Positions 23,668 through 37,108 of a DNA stretch of 62,228 bases are shown piece by piece. Below the pieces are notes generated by a model. That model did not search any database. It was not told the DNA's origin and was given only the letters and a program-made list of their open reading frames with translations. A program made the position numbers and the translations under genes. Numbering within the stretch: the first letter of the stretch is position 1; each line of letters begins with the position of its first letter. Source of the stretch: Catajapyx aquilonaris (lineage: Eukaryota); contig JYFJ02002161.1 of assembly GCA_000934665.2 (NCBI GenBank), positions 1-62,228 on the forward strand. The letters are read 5' to 3'.

Positions 23668-26600
23668 CCTGACCCTTTTCTCTTTTTCAACCGAACGTAA
23701 GCTTTCTTCCTTTTGCCCTGCAAAATTAATGCACAACACTGAGTAATGCTGCGCAAGCCTATTTGAATATGGGTCAGGGGTGGATTGTCATGGAAGGGTT
23801 TAAAAATCTATAAAACGCACACACATACAAAAGACCCGACATACATGATATTTCACAACATGCCGCGGAACCGCGAAACCCGTGACCGAAAAACCCGCGA
23901 CCGCGAGACCGTGCTTCTAAACAATAAACCCATTCCCCAAATAATAACTAAAATCTTGCCCACAATACTGGAAAAACTTCTTAAAATCTAGCATCATCCA
24001 ACAGATATGGTGGAAATGATTAATACTGATGCCACCTCATGAGAAACTGTTACAAAAGAATGCCTACTAGTTAAAGGGGCCATCACAAATGCCAGGAGAA
24101 ATTAAACTCCAGTGGCATTGTCAAAGTACTACGTGAGTCATGCCAATTTGTACAACGTAACTGGATTAAATAAATGTTCATATTTTGAAACTTCATCAAG
24201 GCAAATAATGATGAACATAGGATCTTTGGTGCAAGTCTTACTCTCACAATACTACAAAGTAGACTGCAAGTGATACCATGATATCTTACAACTGCAATTG
24301 GGTATAACAAAATGTCACAATGGCAGTAATAATTAATTTAAACAATGCAACAATCTTATGTTAGTGATGCAAAATTCATCCTCTGCTTAGTCACAATAAT
24401 GTGCACAAGAAACATAACCCAAGAATGCAGCTGTGAGTGTTGACTTCTATTCTCAGCAATACGATCCTGAGCCTTGCACCTCTTCACTGCTTTTTGCAGC
24501 CTCCCTCCCCTCACAGAAAAGGGCTCATGTCACCATCGGACTAATTGACACAGCTATATGGATATTTATTCCTACAAGAATCCGATACAATATTCTGGTC
24601 TGGTACATGTGTGCTGTCGTAGCTGGAGGTGTGTGCAGTCTAGCCACTGCACTCCTCGCAGGTAAGGAGTCTAATCAAATACCTTCCCGAGTGTAACAGT
24701 CTCTCTATTTTATGGATGAAACCCCTGGTGGATGAGCATAATCCCACTCACCCTTACCACAACACATTTCATAGGTTTCCATTACAGGCATTACTAGTTG
24801 AAGGTGTTTTATCATGAACTCTATCTCTCTAGCTAAACTCCTGCTTTTCCCCCCCTGTTTGCAACGTCAACTTCTTTAAAAACCTGTATATCAACTACAA
24901 CAATGACTATGGCATATAAGAATAATTTTCGTTGTCTTTCATTTATTGACATATAGATTCAGGTTGATGGATTCGCTGACATCCTTATGAGCGCTAGAGC
25001 TAGAAAGAGAAGAGAGAAAGAGAGAGAGAGAAGGGTGGTTGGGGAGGGGGGAAAGAGGGAGAGTAGGAGAGAGAGCAGGGTAATTCAGACATAATCTAGC
25101 TTATTGCTATTTTGAAGTACCGGTAATCACTCATATACTATGCCAATTCAAGAAAATATTTTGCGAAGTTCATTTAATTGATGCAATTTAGAGAATGGCC
25201 TTGAAGGTTAGCTATTGACAAATGGCACACACCAGGGCATACCAGAGTCTTGGTCTCTCGCTCTCTCTCTAGCCCACCAAGGACACCCAGAAGTTGCACA
25301 AATTGGCAAGTCATACATGTCAGGCATGCCTCAGGGCCTTGATCTTCAACAGGTCTTCGACAAATGTATTTTTGGGAATGGAGGCTTTATTAGCTACAGG
25401 CACATAGCACCATGCTGTGGTTTATTAATACTTATTAAATGGCACTTGATTAATTCCGATGGGCCTGGCAAAGTTTTGCAAAGAAACATGGTTCTGCAAA
25501 GACAAAACAATTGAAGCCTTAGCACATGTGATGTTCCTCTTACACTGCAGAGACACACCCAACTCCATTGATCTTCATGACCTTTTTTTGACAATTTTCT
25601 GAAGGTGAGAAAAGTGACCTACCACTAGTTCAAATGGTGGTAGCAAATACTGAGAATCTTGGGAGAATTTTCCATTGCAATACTTATAACAAAGGTAATA
25701 GAACTTATTTGTATGCTATTCACCAAAATTGTGTCCAATAAGTCACTAATTAAGCAAGGTTGGTCAGTGTGTGATATCCCTTCAAATGCACATAAAGGCA
25801 GATTCAACATTTTCAATAATGACCTGATTAATGAACAAATAATTATGCAAAATCTACAGACGTAACTTACCCCTGCCACAAATATTGCAATTAAAATTTG
25901 GGGAGGTTCTCATTCCCTTCTGTACCATTTGAAATGTATCAAAATAGCACATGCACGACTTTCAAACCTCAAAAACCAGAAACTAAATAGAACAAAAAAT
26001 TATTGTACTATTTAAATCAATGCCATTACGAATATTATTAGATCACTTATCACAATGTACTCTGACATTGATCATGAAAGGTATCCTCTCAAGATTCCCG
26101 GTTTGTGACATGTCAAGTCAATTGAAACATTGTTCACATAATTTAACTTGGTTTCATTTCGAGGCGTTACGGAATTGGTTTTGTAGATGGCAGACACCAT
26201 TTGCAATATACCAGACACCCTCCTTGGTGAATGGAATTCCTGGTATCCACTGATTATATTATAAGCATTCAAGACATTTAAAAAAAAGGCATACCCTGCA
26301 CTAGGAAAACAACGTAAATTCTGTGGGTTATAATATTCTGCATGATCTTTCACCTCTCAGGCTCATTCCCAAGCTCCAGTGTACTCTTCTGCAACAGTGT
26401 GATGATTAGTCCTATATTGGTCCATGAAACTACTTTTACACCTTCATAGAGAATTACTGTGTTTCATGGAACCAAGTTTCTTCAAGTAAACACCACCTAG
26501 GACATCCTTCACATCAGGCAACATTGCCGTTGCATCTCCATGCCATAAAACCCCAATTAATAAACTAGGTCTTACAAACTAAGGTCTGTTTAGTCTACAC

Positions 26601-27095
26601 ATGATCACCAACAATCTACACCTGGGTTACTAGGAAAATCACCAGTGTGTCATGTAGTCATATGCCCGAACAGCATCAGTAAGGCAACTGGGTGCCCAAA
26701 ACCAAGCAGAAGTGCTATTTTAATTATGTGGTTTGAAAAAACCAACAGATCATGTATCACTCACTGTACCCACATCCCATTGTTCTCAATAAATGATCTC
26801 CACAAAACTGGCTATAACCCTCTGACAGCATTCACTAAACCATTTTCAAATACCTCCTGCAGTTTATTTTTCCTCCCTAAAGTAGTAGTCCTTTACTTGT
26901 AATGGTTTGGACTTTCACACGAACTTTTGCCTATAGCGAAACATGTTGATTTTTGGTCAACTGCAGTTTATAATTACCTCAAATTCATGGTGTCCTACTA
27001 TGCACTCTGTCAGAGTTACGGCGACCTGACCATAAAGGCCCCGCGCCAATCCACTATATGGTAGTGCCTTTCGATATATTTCAGGCATAGGACTA

Positions 27096-27764
27096 TAGTT
27101 TGTCAATCTTTTATCCGACATTCTGAAAACCAAAAACCTCCGAATACCTAAGGTTTTTTCATGGATGTCTTCTGCTCACCATAGCTAGCATTTGGTGGCT
27201 GGCATGCCCCAAAGTGACTAACAGTGATGAGGACATGGGCATACCCTCTTCTCCAGAATCCTCAATTAGTGCCTTTGCTGCATATAGTACAGAAGTCCCT
27301 GGTTCACGAATGACCTGACTTATGGCGATCCGTACTTAGGAATGGGCTGCCAATCCTCCCCATATAAGAGTCATTTATAATATCATCCTTCATTTTCAAT
27401 CACTTCTGCATACATTGATTGTCATAAAGTTCAATTAAATACTGTACAATTAAATAACAATAGGAGAACTACATTCTAACACGTATGTAAACAACTGTAC
27501 ATGAGACAAGCAGTGCGTTGTAGCAGGATCTTTATGCACTGTTCTCATGGATCCGAGTTACATACAATCCGACTTATGGACATTTTCAGGAACGTAACCC
27601 CGTTTGAAGACCAGGAACTTCCTGTATACTATAATTATGCACAAGCTCATAACATCCTCAGTTGATCTATTCTGGGTCACATACAGTACACACATACTAC
27701 CATACCATTCCAAACTGCAAAAAGTGTCTGTCCCCAAGGTTTCGGATAAGAGATTGTGAACCTG
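27096..27764. mobile_element. Old Tigger-like MITE (outer element of a nested pair)
   Basis: Left end TAGTTTGTCAATCTTTTATCCGAC resembles the reverse complement of the right end TTTCGGATAAGAGATTGTGAACCTG. This is a CAGGTT...CTTATCCGAAA-type TIR. Confidence 0.6.
27290..27624. mobile_element. Tigger/pogo-like MITE nested inside the previous element
   Basis: TA|CAGAAGTCCCTGGT ... ACCAGGAACTTCCTG|TA with degenerate TIRs and repeated GACTTA(T/C) subterminal motifs. Confidence 0.6.
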
Positions 27765-28135
27765 TCAACACACTATCATTTTCCTAGCACATTCAGTAAT
27801 CACGTATGGCAACTGATATTTACGGAAACAAATACCCCATCAGGGCTGGTCCTGCGGTAATTTTTGACAGTGAATAAATAAATAATAATAAAAAATCAAC
27901 TGTTGCCGCCCAAGTTCAGTCACGTTCCACCAGTCCTGTAACAAAACCTGCAAGTAATAAGTCCTGCCCCACACCGCACGCTGCTTCCCTCCCAGCAAAT
28001 ACTAGGGAACCATACCCTGGGTGCAGTCGAAACTAGGCCTCGCCCTTGTTCGGCCCCTTTTATATCCTTCCCCAGGTTCCATTCCGGCCCGCCCCTAGGC
28101 CTCTCTGCACCCCAACCAAGTCCGGCCCACCTTAC

Positions 28136-28290
28136 CTGGAAACAGGCTAGTTGAAGGAGAGACCCGGTGCGTGCAGCCGAATCCCTAGAAACTCCGAAGA
28201 GACGAGCCGATCGAACGGACGCTGATCCCGAACAGAGACAAACACACAAGATGGCGTCCAAAATGGCGGCGGGGGGTGGGCGGGTGGAAT
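28136..28290 (-). promoter_or_regulatory. Probable lark transcription start and non-coding first exon
   Basis: CpG-rich island with tandem YY1-type motifs (GCCGCCATTTT and GACGCCATCTT on the minus strand, 28247-28271). Strong donor CCAG|GTAAGG at 28136/28135. A matching acceptor TTTTGCAG| lies at 23718/23717, upstream of the lark ATG. Confidence 0.6.
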
Positions 28291-31200
28291 TATCGACGCA
28301 CCTCACGATACTCGATGCGGCACCGAACGTACGATGTATCGGAAACTGCAACAACTATTGAACGACAATAGCAGCAAGCAACCACCATAGCAACGATCTG
28401 AACAGTGCGCTCGTTTGCACATTTTCAAATTGAAGAGCACTTCAACTGCAATTTGCAAGTTACACGACCTCTGCATTCACCTTATATGGGCATCGATTCG
28501 CCGAAGAATATCGAACAGGCCTGGAAATGCGAGGAGTTGGCTCAGGCTGTCCTTGAAGGAACAAGGGCGTTCTCAACTTTGTAATAACTCGTCTCACTCT
28601 TTCGCCAACTAAAATAAAATGCGTTGCATCAATCTATGAAGGATAAACTGCAACGTGACGCTCTACATTACTGAACTTACTGAAATGTAATGAGATACAC
28701 CCTGACTCCCAAGAGTAATATTTATATTTCCAAGACTGAAAAGCCGGGAAGAACGAAATGGAAGGTCCGGCAGAAGTTACTTTCTATTTACCCTGCTGGG
28801 GTGCCCTGGGTCCATCACACCAGCATGTCCAGCATCTGGTAGGTCTGCCAGATGTGGATGATGGAAAGGTACAGTAGCACTTCGTGTAAAATATTTGGAG
28901 TGTATTTTAAACTGAACAATTAGCTGGGAATCTATTGATGATATGCCCTTTCCTGGCCCTTACTAGACATTACATACAGATGTCACTGTACTCCCGATTA
29001 AATGGGCTAATGTCTGCACGGGTATTGCTGGATAATCCGCACCTGGACAGTGTATTTAAAGATATTTATTTTAACCAAAACTTGCAAACATTGCTAACGT
29101 GAAAAACGGATTGAAATTCGTATGGTACGGTAGCTGCTTTTAGAAAATTCAAGCAGAATTCATTTCGATTAGAACTTAATTATTTGCCTTAGACAGCCAT
29201 CTTGCCAACTATTCCCAACCATGTAACCAAAATAGCATGTTGTGCATTTGTGACGTCACCAAAGGCAAATAGTTCCCGTTAGCTTATTTTAATGCTGTAA
29301 TAAAAAGGGGCTTCCATCATGACTACTGCCTCGGGCCCGGACAATCTCTGTACAGACCTAGGTGGAGATCAAGCTATGCACAGAAAAATGCAAAATAATG
29401 GACACTTTTTACAAAGATCAATATTTTTTATTATTATTACTACATATCAATAACACTGTATGTAGAAAAAAAACTTCCATAGGGGAGTGAAACATTGTCC
29501 ATTGTTAGGCACGACCTCATGTAATAATGGGGACGTTTTCTTTGCTCTCTGTTTTTCTGGAGAGGGAGAGCTGTTGAGGGGAATGACGTTATGGGGGAAG
29601 GATGTTGGGGCAAACTGACTCGAGCAGGATGGGGAGAGGAAGAGCAGGAAACCAAAATGGTGACAGAAAAACATGGATTGCAATCCTGCTAGTCAGGCTG
29701 TTTCAGGGACTCAATGTCATGACTGCAGGTCAGGACCAAAGCAGAACTGGCATGGTCACACAGCAATGAGTGAGGCACAAAAACAAGGCACAATCGAAGC
29801 AGTTCGAAGCACCGCTGAAGTAGGGAGTATCTGCCTCTAAGCACTACCACTGATGCCACCCAACCATCTCCAATTTTACAAAGAGCAAAGAAAACGCTAC
29901 CAATAATAACCACAATTATAATAATAATAAAAATGTACAGGAGAAACACTGGTGACCTTTCCTCCTGCAGAATACCAACCAGCTATTAAAATTAATACAA
30001 AAAAATGTCAGTTATATACACATATTTACATTGGCAGCATATTAAACTTCATAATAATTACTATCAGGGGGGTAGGAGTACGACGGGATGGGGAGGGTGA
30101 TGGCACTTGTAAGGACTGCAACTAAGTGGCGACGATATGATTGTCGCGAGCAATTTTTTCCCCTTGAGCATTATTTGTGTTAGGATGCAGGTCAAATGCT
30201 TGGTTTGTAGGAACCGGTTGGGATGGCACAAATAGGATGGGTGAAGGTCAAGGTAATGTGACATCAAAATTTTCTGGGCTAAAGGCGGATTGTTGTTTTG
30301 TACTCTGTTGGACTGTGGAAGTTGAAGGAGTAACAGAATAAAAGAAATAATCATGAAGGTGTAAAAGCAACACGCATGAGTTGGATGAAAAGTGCTGGCA
30401 ACTTCGGTGAAAAAAAAAATCTCACGTTTGTACAATATTGATTCATTCTGGATAAAATTCAGTCTAGAAACTTAATGTGTCTCCATACTTGAAATCCCAG
30501 GAATGTGAATGTTAGGAGCTACAATTTGACCTGCTCATTTTTCAACTTACTGTTAAAAATTGACATTTACAAAAAAATTTGCAGCATCTTCAATGGTTGG
30601 TAAACTACTGCATTTTCTTTGGTAACAACATGCAACATTCCGAAATCACCGGTTTCACACTCAGTTTTGGCAAGCCACACCTCCACGTATGATGCTGATA
30701 TTGTTACTCTCTACAGCAATGGAAAGCCTGCATGAAAAGCAGGCATATTATTGCCGCCTGTGTAAAATATCAACCCACGAATTATATTCTTAGGGAGTTA
30801 ACGCATTTTAAGTTGACCACATCAGACTGTCATTTTATTCCCCTTGTCCTGAATTAGATTCCCTACAACTTTCGTTAATTCCAGGTACTGTTAAGGTAGG
30901 AAGATCTATTATAATTATTTTTGAACTGTTGTTGCTATAACTATCGTTATCCACACCACCTCCATGGTCACAATATACGGCCTGTACAACTCTTCAATTC
31001 ATTATTCTTAATGCCAACGTGCTTTGAGGTTATATTGATTTTATGTTATTTCTTAATTTCCTGTAAAACATACAGGGTGCACTCTCTCTCTCTCTCTGCA
31101 CCAAACTCAAAGGAGTAGAATTTTAGCTTGTTATAATAAAAATTTACTCAATTTAAAAAATGGGATCTTTATCTGGGGATCACAATATTCTCTTTCTGAT

Positions 31201-32047
31201 GATATTTTCACTACGAGTTTTGTTACAGGGAGCATACACTGTATGCATAAAAATCAACACTTCCATTTAAAATGAGCAAATATTTGCAGTAGTCTGAACT
31301 ACATTACAGCTAGAGCGCATTTTGTCCTGGGATGCCAAGTCCTTAATTTAAAAAGTTGCCACTTTTCATCCAACCCATGTGCATCAGTAATAAAATGAAT
31401 TACAATTGAATAGATGTAGCAACAGCAATGATTGCAAATAAATCGCACTATATAAGAACAATGAATAACAGACAAGGGGCAGTGGACCACAAGAGATTCT
31501 TGGACAGGCCAATAGACGATATTGGGGGATTTTTTTTGACCAAGTCCATTGGTCAGGGTTAAAGGTTCACATCAAGGACCCAAGTTACATGCCAGTTGAC
31601 CAAGATATTTCAAGTCTAAGGATAGATACATGCTGGCAAAGTACTGGACGAAATGGCCATAGTTCAGGGGATTAAAATCGATTGAGGGCATGGTACATTC
31701 ACCCATGGTGGTTCCGAAGTCAATAGCAGTTCACAGACCAAGGTGGTCAGTGTTGAAGTTCAGCCACTGAATCCCAGCTATAATTCGAAAGTGAAAACAC
31801 CACATACGGAAGATCAATGGCCATTATACACATCACTGCACTGGACCTCAACTCGCACATCTGTTCCAGGCATCTTGCACATGTTCCTACCTCCAACTTT
31901 TTGTTTTAAAAAAGTAGGCTACTTCACTATGACAGGGCTAATTTCCTTATCCAGTTTTTATGGATCATACTCCATATGAAGGTACGTCGGCAGTCAACAG
32001 TTGTAAATAGCCTTTTGAAATGCTTTAGAAATGAACTGAACACTTAT

Positions 32048-35000
32048 TCAGACCATTTTAATGGCACAGTCATCTTCCCTGTACTTCGCAAACTTCTTTT
32101 TGACGTGCAGGGCTGTCAGGCGGGCAGCAGGGTTCGGGTTCCAGCATTCCACCATGACTTTTGTAATCACTTTCAGTCTCTGTGGAGGAGGAAGATTAGG
32201 AGATATGAGAACCAAAACAATTACTAAACATCACTACATCTACATCATATTTCCAAAGTACACTGGAGACACCTGTTAAATTCATACATGCCAAATTTGC
32301 AGCAACAAGATAACAGGATTCCCCACATAGTGTACTTCACACAGATATTAAAATTAGTACAACTCACCTCATCAGTACTGTCTCTGCACCACCTTGGAGC
32401 AACAGGGGGCCTTCCTCTTTCTACGCAAACCAGCTGACGCACCTCCTCCCGGGTGGGACGGTCTTCCTCGTGCCCCAGCCATTCCGCATAAGGCAGGCGA
32501 TACTGGTCAGCCTCCACCTGCTTACCCTCACCTGTGGCACACCTAAGCAAACATTCCCAGAGGACCAGGGCAAAAGAATACATATCTGCTGCCTTCAAGG
32601 ATTCAAATGAGTCCTGAGGCATGGTGCCATCGAGCACTTCTGGGGCTGCGTAGCGGAGGGTACCAACTCGTGGGCCACTCGGGAGGTCTATCGTGTCCGT
32701 CTCAGAGAGGAAGCGCGCTGCCATGCCGAAATCCGAGATGCAGCACTGCCCATCACGCTTCACTAGGACGTTCTTTGACTTAACATCTCTGTTACAAAGA
32801 TTCAGAATAGGAGCTTGTTAGATATCAGCATTAGTAGAGTGATTCACAAAGAAACTACATTGTTGTGAGAAAAACACTGGCAGAGAGAGCAACAAATCTA
32901 TCGTCCTCATTTCTACAAAGCACAATGCCTGTGTGGATTCAGTTCTTCATTGCACTGATTGTACCTCCAAAAGGTGCGTTAATGAACTCACCTGCTAGCA
33001 ATGGCCGGTTTCCCTGGCGTCCCAAACACCTCAGTATGGAGATGCGCCAGTCCTGCAGCCACAGACCAAGTCATGGTCAGGAGAGACTCAGGCATGAAGG
33101 TAGCCCTCTGCAGATAGTCATGCAGGGACCCCTCCTCATGGTACTCCGTAACTAGCAGCATTTGTGTCCATGACCCACTGCCCTTGATGTCTGCTGCCAC
33201 AAAGCCCAGCACATTGTCATGGCGCATTAGTACAGTCTGGTAGATCTCTGTCTCACGAAACCAGCTCTGTTCCTCACTGGTTGCAAATGTTTTGACTGCC
33301 ACCTTCTCACCACGCCATCTAGAAATAATCAGCCATGTTAGTATCACAACAAGAATTTCACACCCACCCATTAGCAATGAAGCATTATCTGCATTAGAGC
33401 AATCTCAAATGCCAATTCTTGGCATGTTCTGAATTTTGTCTTGTTAACCATACATTTCCTGCATTTCCAAGCTTGAGGAAAAAAAACAGTACCCAGAGGA
33501 TACCATATAATGTCCAGCCCCTCCATTACATGGCTACAGACACTACACTATTTGAAGCATAAATCACCCTCCCATTCTTATTCCTAGTTCTCACCTGGCC
33601 AACCACACTTCCCCGTAGCGTCCTTTTCCTATCAGCTTCTCTGTGCACAGCTGCCTTGCAATGGTTCGTTGCACCAGCAGTGGAAGGCCAGATCCTGAGC
33701 CGGAGCTGTGCTCCAATACATCTTTCAGCGAGGAAGCTGGCCCCAGGAAGGGGTCGTAGGAGCGGGATGCAACCAGATATGAGCGCTGGCGAGACTCCCG
33801 GTGGCGGTACCGTAGGTAAGCTAGCAGGAGTATTAACAGAATAACCACTAGGCAGAGGAGTACTGTTGCCAGGAGAACCATCGGTGGGTGGGTGGAAAGG
33901 CCAACAGCCAATGTGGAATCATCACCATCCCCAATCATTCCTGCAAAAATTAATAAATTCCACTATAACACATAATGCACTCTCTTGTCCAGGATTGCAG
34001 CAACTGTTTGGCTGTTACGTGCAACTCTTTCATGATTGGCTGCATATGCACATTATCATGGGAACTTCCAAAGTTCTGACACCGCATAATAATATATTGT
34101 TCTTTAACAATAAATATCTGATCATCTGGCATGGACAATATGTCAACAGATGGTTGTATAGGCAAATGACCTCCATAAGTCTAGTAGATCTTACTGAACT
34201 TCTTACTTCTTCCTCAAGTAATACCAAACCATGCCCATAGAGCTGACTAGTCCAGTTTCAGTCACTAACCCTGGTACTCACCATCATCGTTTGACCGGTA
34301 GGAAGGCATGAGGTTCCTGTTGCAGAAGTCTCCCTTGCTGCAGCAGGCAATGGTCCAGGGTCTGTGATGTGGGACCAGCTTCCCCTGGCATTGCATGTAG
34401 CCAGTCTCCTCAGCTGGGAGGCAACCATAGCTTCGCTCTGGCTCCAGCCGCCCTGTGTCTGGATCCAGAACTTCCTCCACAGAGGAGAAGCAGCGGTCCT
34501 TGGCATAGCAGGTATTATTTACTGCATTATCCGGGCATTGCCGCAAACAGTAGCATAATAACGCTGAACCTGTGGATTGGCAATCATGAATTAATATAAG
34601 TAATCCTCGTATTATTTGTACATTCAAGGCCCATTCTGAAGTGACATGCCAACGAGCCTATTTGCTACTGGGAACCATTGTTGTTGGGACATTTCTACAA
34701 CTACCACTGTGTTCATCAGTGGTTTCTAGTCACAAATAAGCTTCCCCCAGATGAACAGTCACTTCCCATGGACATGAGAATAGGCCATTAGCACCAAGTA
34801 GTATCAACCTAGTCACTTCTTTGGCACTGTTGGTAATCCAAAGACATGCACCAAACAAAATCTGAAAGCACCATAAATTCCTCCCTGCGGACTTCACAAT
34901 GAGCTTATCAGTTTGTTTCTGGATTGGCCATATTGCCCCTAACAACTAGTGGACCACATCCTAGATGAGATGCAGGTTACTTGGTGCTTGTAATGGCCTC

Positions 35001-35697
35001 GTTAACAATCAAATGATGCATTTTTTGATACGCAAGTGGTGCAACCCAACCTACAGGTGTGTTCTCAAGCTAGAGTCTTAGTGAGAGTCAGTGGCCAATT
35101 GTGACACCCTGGTTCTCGCTCATGCTAAAATTGCGCTTGAAATCACCAGTTCATAAACTTGTGAAGGTTGTTTACAACAAGTGCTATGCCAGCTATGGTG
35201 ATCAAGATCAATATAGCTCCATGAGGGAGTGGCGAGTGGCGGAATTCTGGTTGCACAACTGGCCCATGTCACCCACACTTGTCTGCGGAACACATTTCAA
35301 ATGACTTCAATTTCTGACGCGGAATGGAAGCATGATGCGAATGGGCAAGGTTCGTGGTCTGAGCGGAATACGCCTCAACCTCATGATTGCACGTAAGGAA
35401 TGTTTCCATGGGCACCTTCCTTCCGTTCTGACCCTGTCGTGCAATGGCCACAGGTCTGCCTGACCCTACACCTGCTGTTGGCCCAAGTCCATCCACCTAC
35501 CACCATCCCTGTCCCTCCCTCCCTCCCCTCTGGGCGGTGGGGGGAGGCAGCTGCTGCACCCCTCCCTCCGCCCCCGCCAAGTGTTGTTCCGCCCTCGGTT
35601 CCACCCGAGCAAAGGGCCATCCACACCCACCTCTCCTGACGAGGACCCCAGCGAGGAGGGCGAGGCCTAAGATGAAGCCCATCCGAGAGGCGGCCAT
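32048..35697 (-). CDS. tkv: BMP type I receptor Ser/Thr kinase, thickveins/BMPR1 class; exons 35697-35631, 34569-34282, 33940-33595, 33318-32992, 32788-32368, 32179-32048; 526 aa
   Basis: Signal peptide [20 protein letters not shown], Cys-rich ectodomain ending [11 protein letters not shown] helix, GS box [33 protein letters not shown]45 loop [11 protein letters not shown] (tkv/BMPR1 type), [20 protein letters not shown]. Phase-compatible GT-AG introns (1581 nt). Confidence 0.93.
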
Positions 35698-36767
35698 TTT
35701 AGCCCCGCGATGGGAGAAGGCGATCACCCTGCTCCAACTCCACCTCCTCCGCCGCTCATTTCCGCACCACTACTGAAGAAAAGAAAAAGAAAAAAAGAAA
35801 AAAAGAAAAATGGAGGGGAGGGAAGAATGATAGCAGCTATGCGACGTACTTCAGGGTTGGTGGTTATCGCTATAACTACATGGAAAGAAAGTAGCAGTTG
35901 GATTTTGATTCAAGGCGCGAATCTGCCTATAATCGTCCAGGGTGATTAAACCATCTTTTACAAATTAATTAGCGCTTATCACAGCCAATTGTCACTTAGC
36001 GAACGTTAATTCATCAGAAAAAAGCGCAGACAGTAGTGCCCACATTCTAAAATTACATCTTGTAGTTAGCATTTAATTTTTCATAGATCATGTATAAGTG
36101 TATCTCATTGCGGACAAATATTTTCCTATGCATTGCGGTATTTTTGCACCAATAGGCAACGGTGCAAGCCGGACATGAGAGGAATTTTCAGGGGGAAAGG
36201 TCGACCCCCTCGAGGGCACATATCCCACCAAAACTGGAGTGACAACCCCAGATGCTTATCTCTGAGTCACTGATCCTCTCCCAGCTGCATATGGGACTTT
36301 CACTCAAACCCCCAAAAAATAACAAGCAAAGGCTACAGGTTATTAGTTTGTACTGGCGAACACATTTGGAAGGGGAACACATGTATTTGGCAATTTATTA
36401 AATACCGCACAATCATGTCAGAAGACAAACGCTTCCTCGCAGTAGGAGTAGGTTATATTCATACAGAACACTGTCAGGATATTCCCAAATACTTCTCAGC
36501 CTATGTTTGCCCTTATCTCCCCTCAATCTTCCCCTGCTGTGCCTGTTCAGCACACGTGTAGACCTTGTCACTACACCTATCTACAAACCAAGGGCAGCTA
36601 TTTGAGACATGTTTCCAATTAGCAGGCAATGCTCATAGGGAATGTCTAAAATTACCAACATGTAGAAATAAACTGATAGGATCACTGGAGATAAGAGGTT
36701 GACTCTGAGGTTGAGTTGAATCCTAATCCTTTCATAAACAGTTACCATACTCTTCTTCTGTCAGATG

Positions 36768-36894
36768 TAAGAAGACTGTAACTCAAAAACTAGTAGGGGT
36801 GAAAGTCGCATGCATGCCCTGCACTAATCCCCCCTGACTGGGAGGGGATTAGTGCAGGGCAGGGGCTTACTAGTTTTTGAGTTAGGTCTTCTTA
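36768..36894. repeat. Palindromic element (about 125 bp)
   Basis: Outer arms TAAGAAGAC..TAACTCAAAAACTAGTA / TACTAGTTTTTGAGTTA..GTCTTCTTA. Inner perfect 18-bp arms TGCCCTGCACTAATCCCC / GGGGATTAGTGCAGGGCA. Confidence 0.85.
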
Positions 36895-37108
36895 AAGCCG
36901 GTATCCACGTTAGAGTTTCTCTCATAAGAGTCCTCTTACGCGAGAAATCTTGTACGTCGAGACGGACTCTTTGACGCCTCAGGGCCCCTCTTGTCCCTCT
37001 AAAAGGGGATTAAAGTTGAAAATTTTCAACTTTTCCTCTTTCCTCGTATCCGGGCATGCGCAGTTGGCTCCTCTTATGAGAGAAAACTCTTACGTCGGTA
37101 CCGGCTTT
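36894..37108. mobile_element. MITE with about 37-bp TIRs (Harbinger-like)
   Basis: AAAGCCGGTATCCACGTTAGAGTTTCTCTCATAAGAG versus CTCTTATGAGAGAAAACTCTTACGTCGGTACCGGCTTT (reverse complement, few mismatches). Confidence 0.75.

Noticed and set aside
25200..26950. Decayed coding-like sequence with splice-like signals in the lark 5'UTR intron
   Set aside because: Only short stop-ridden ORFs and no motif I can identify. It may be an old transposase relic but cannot be called.
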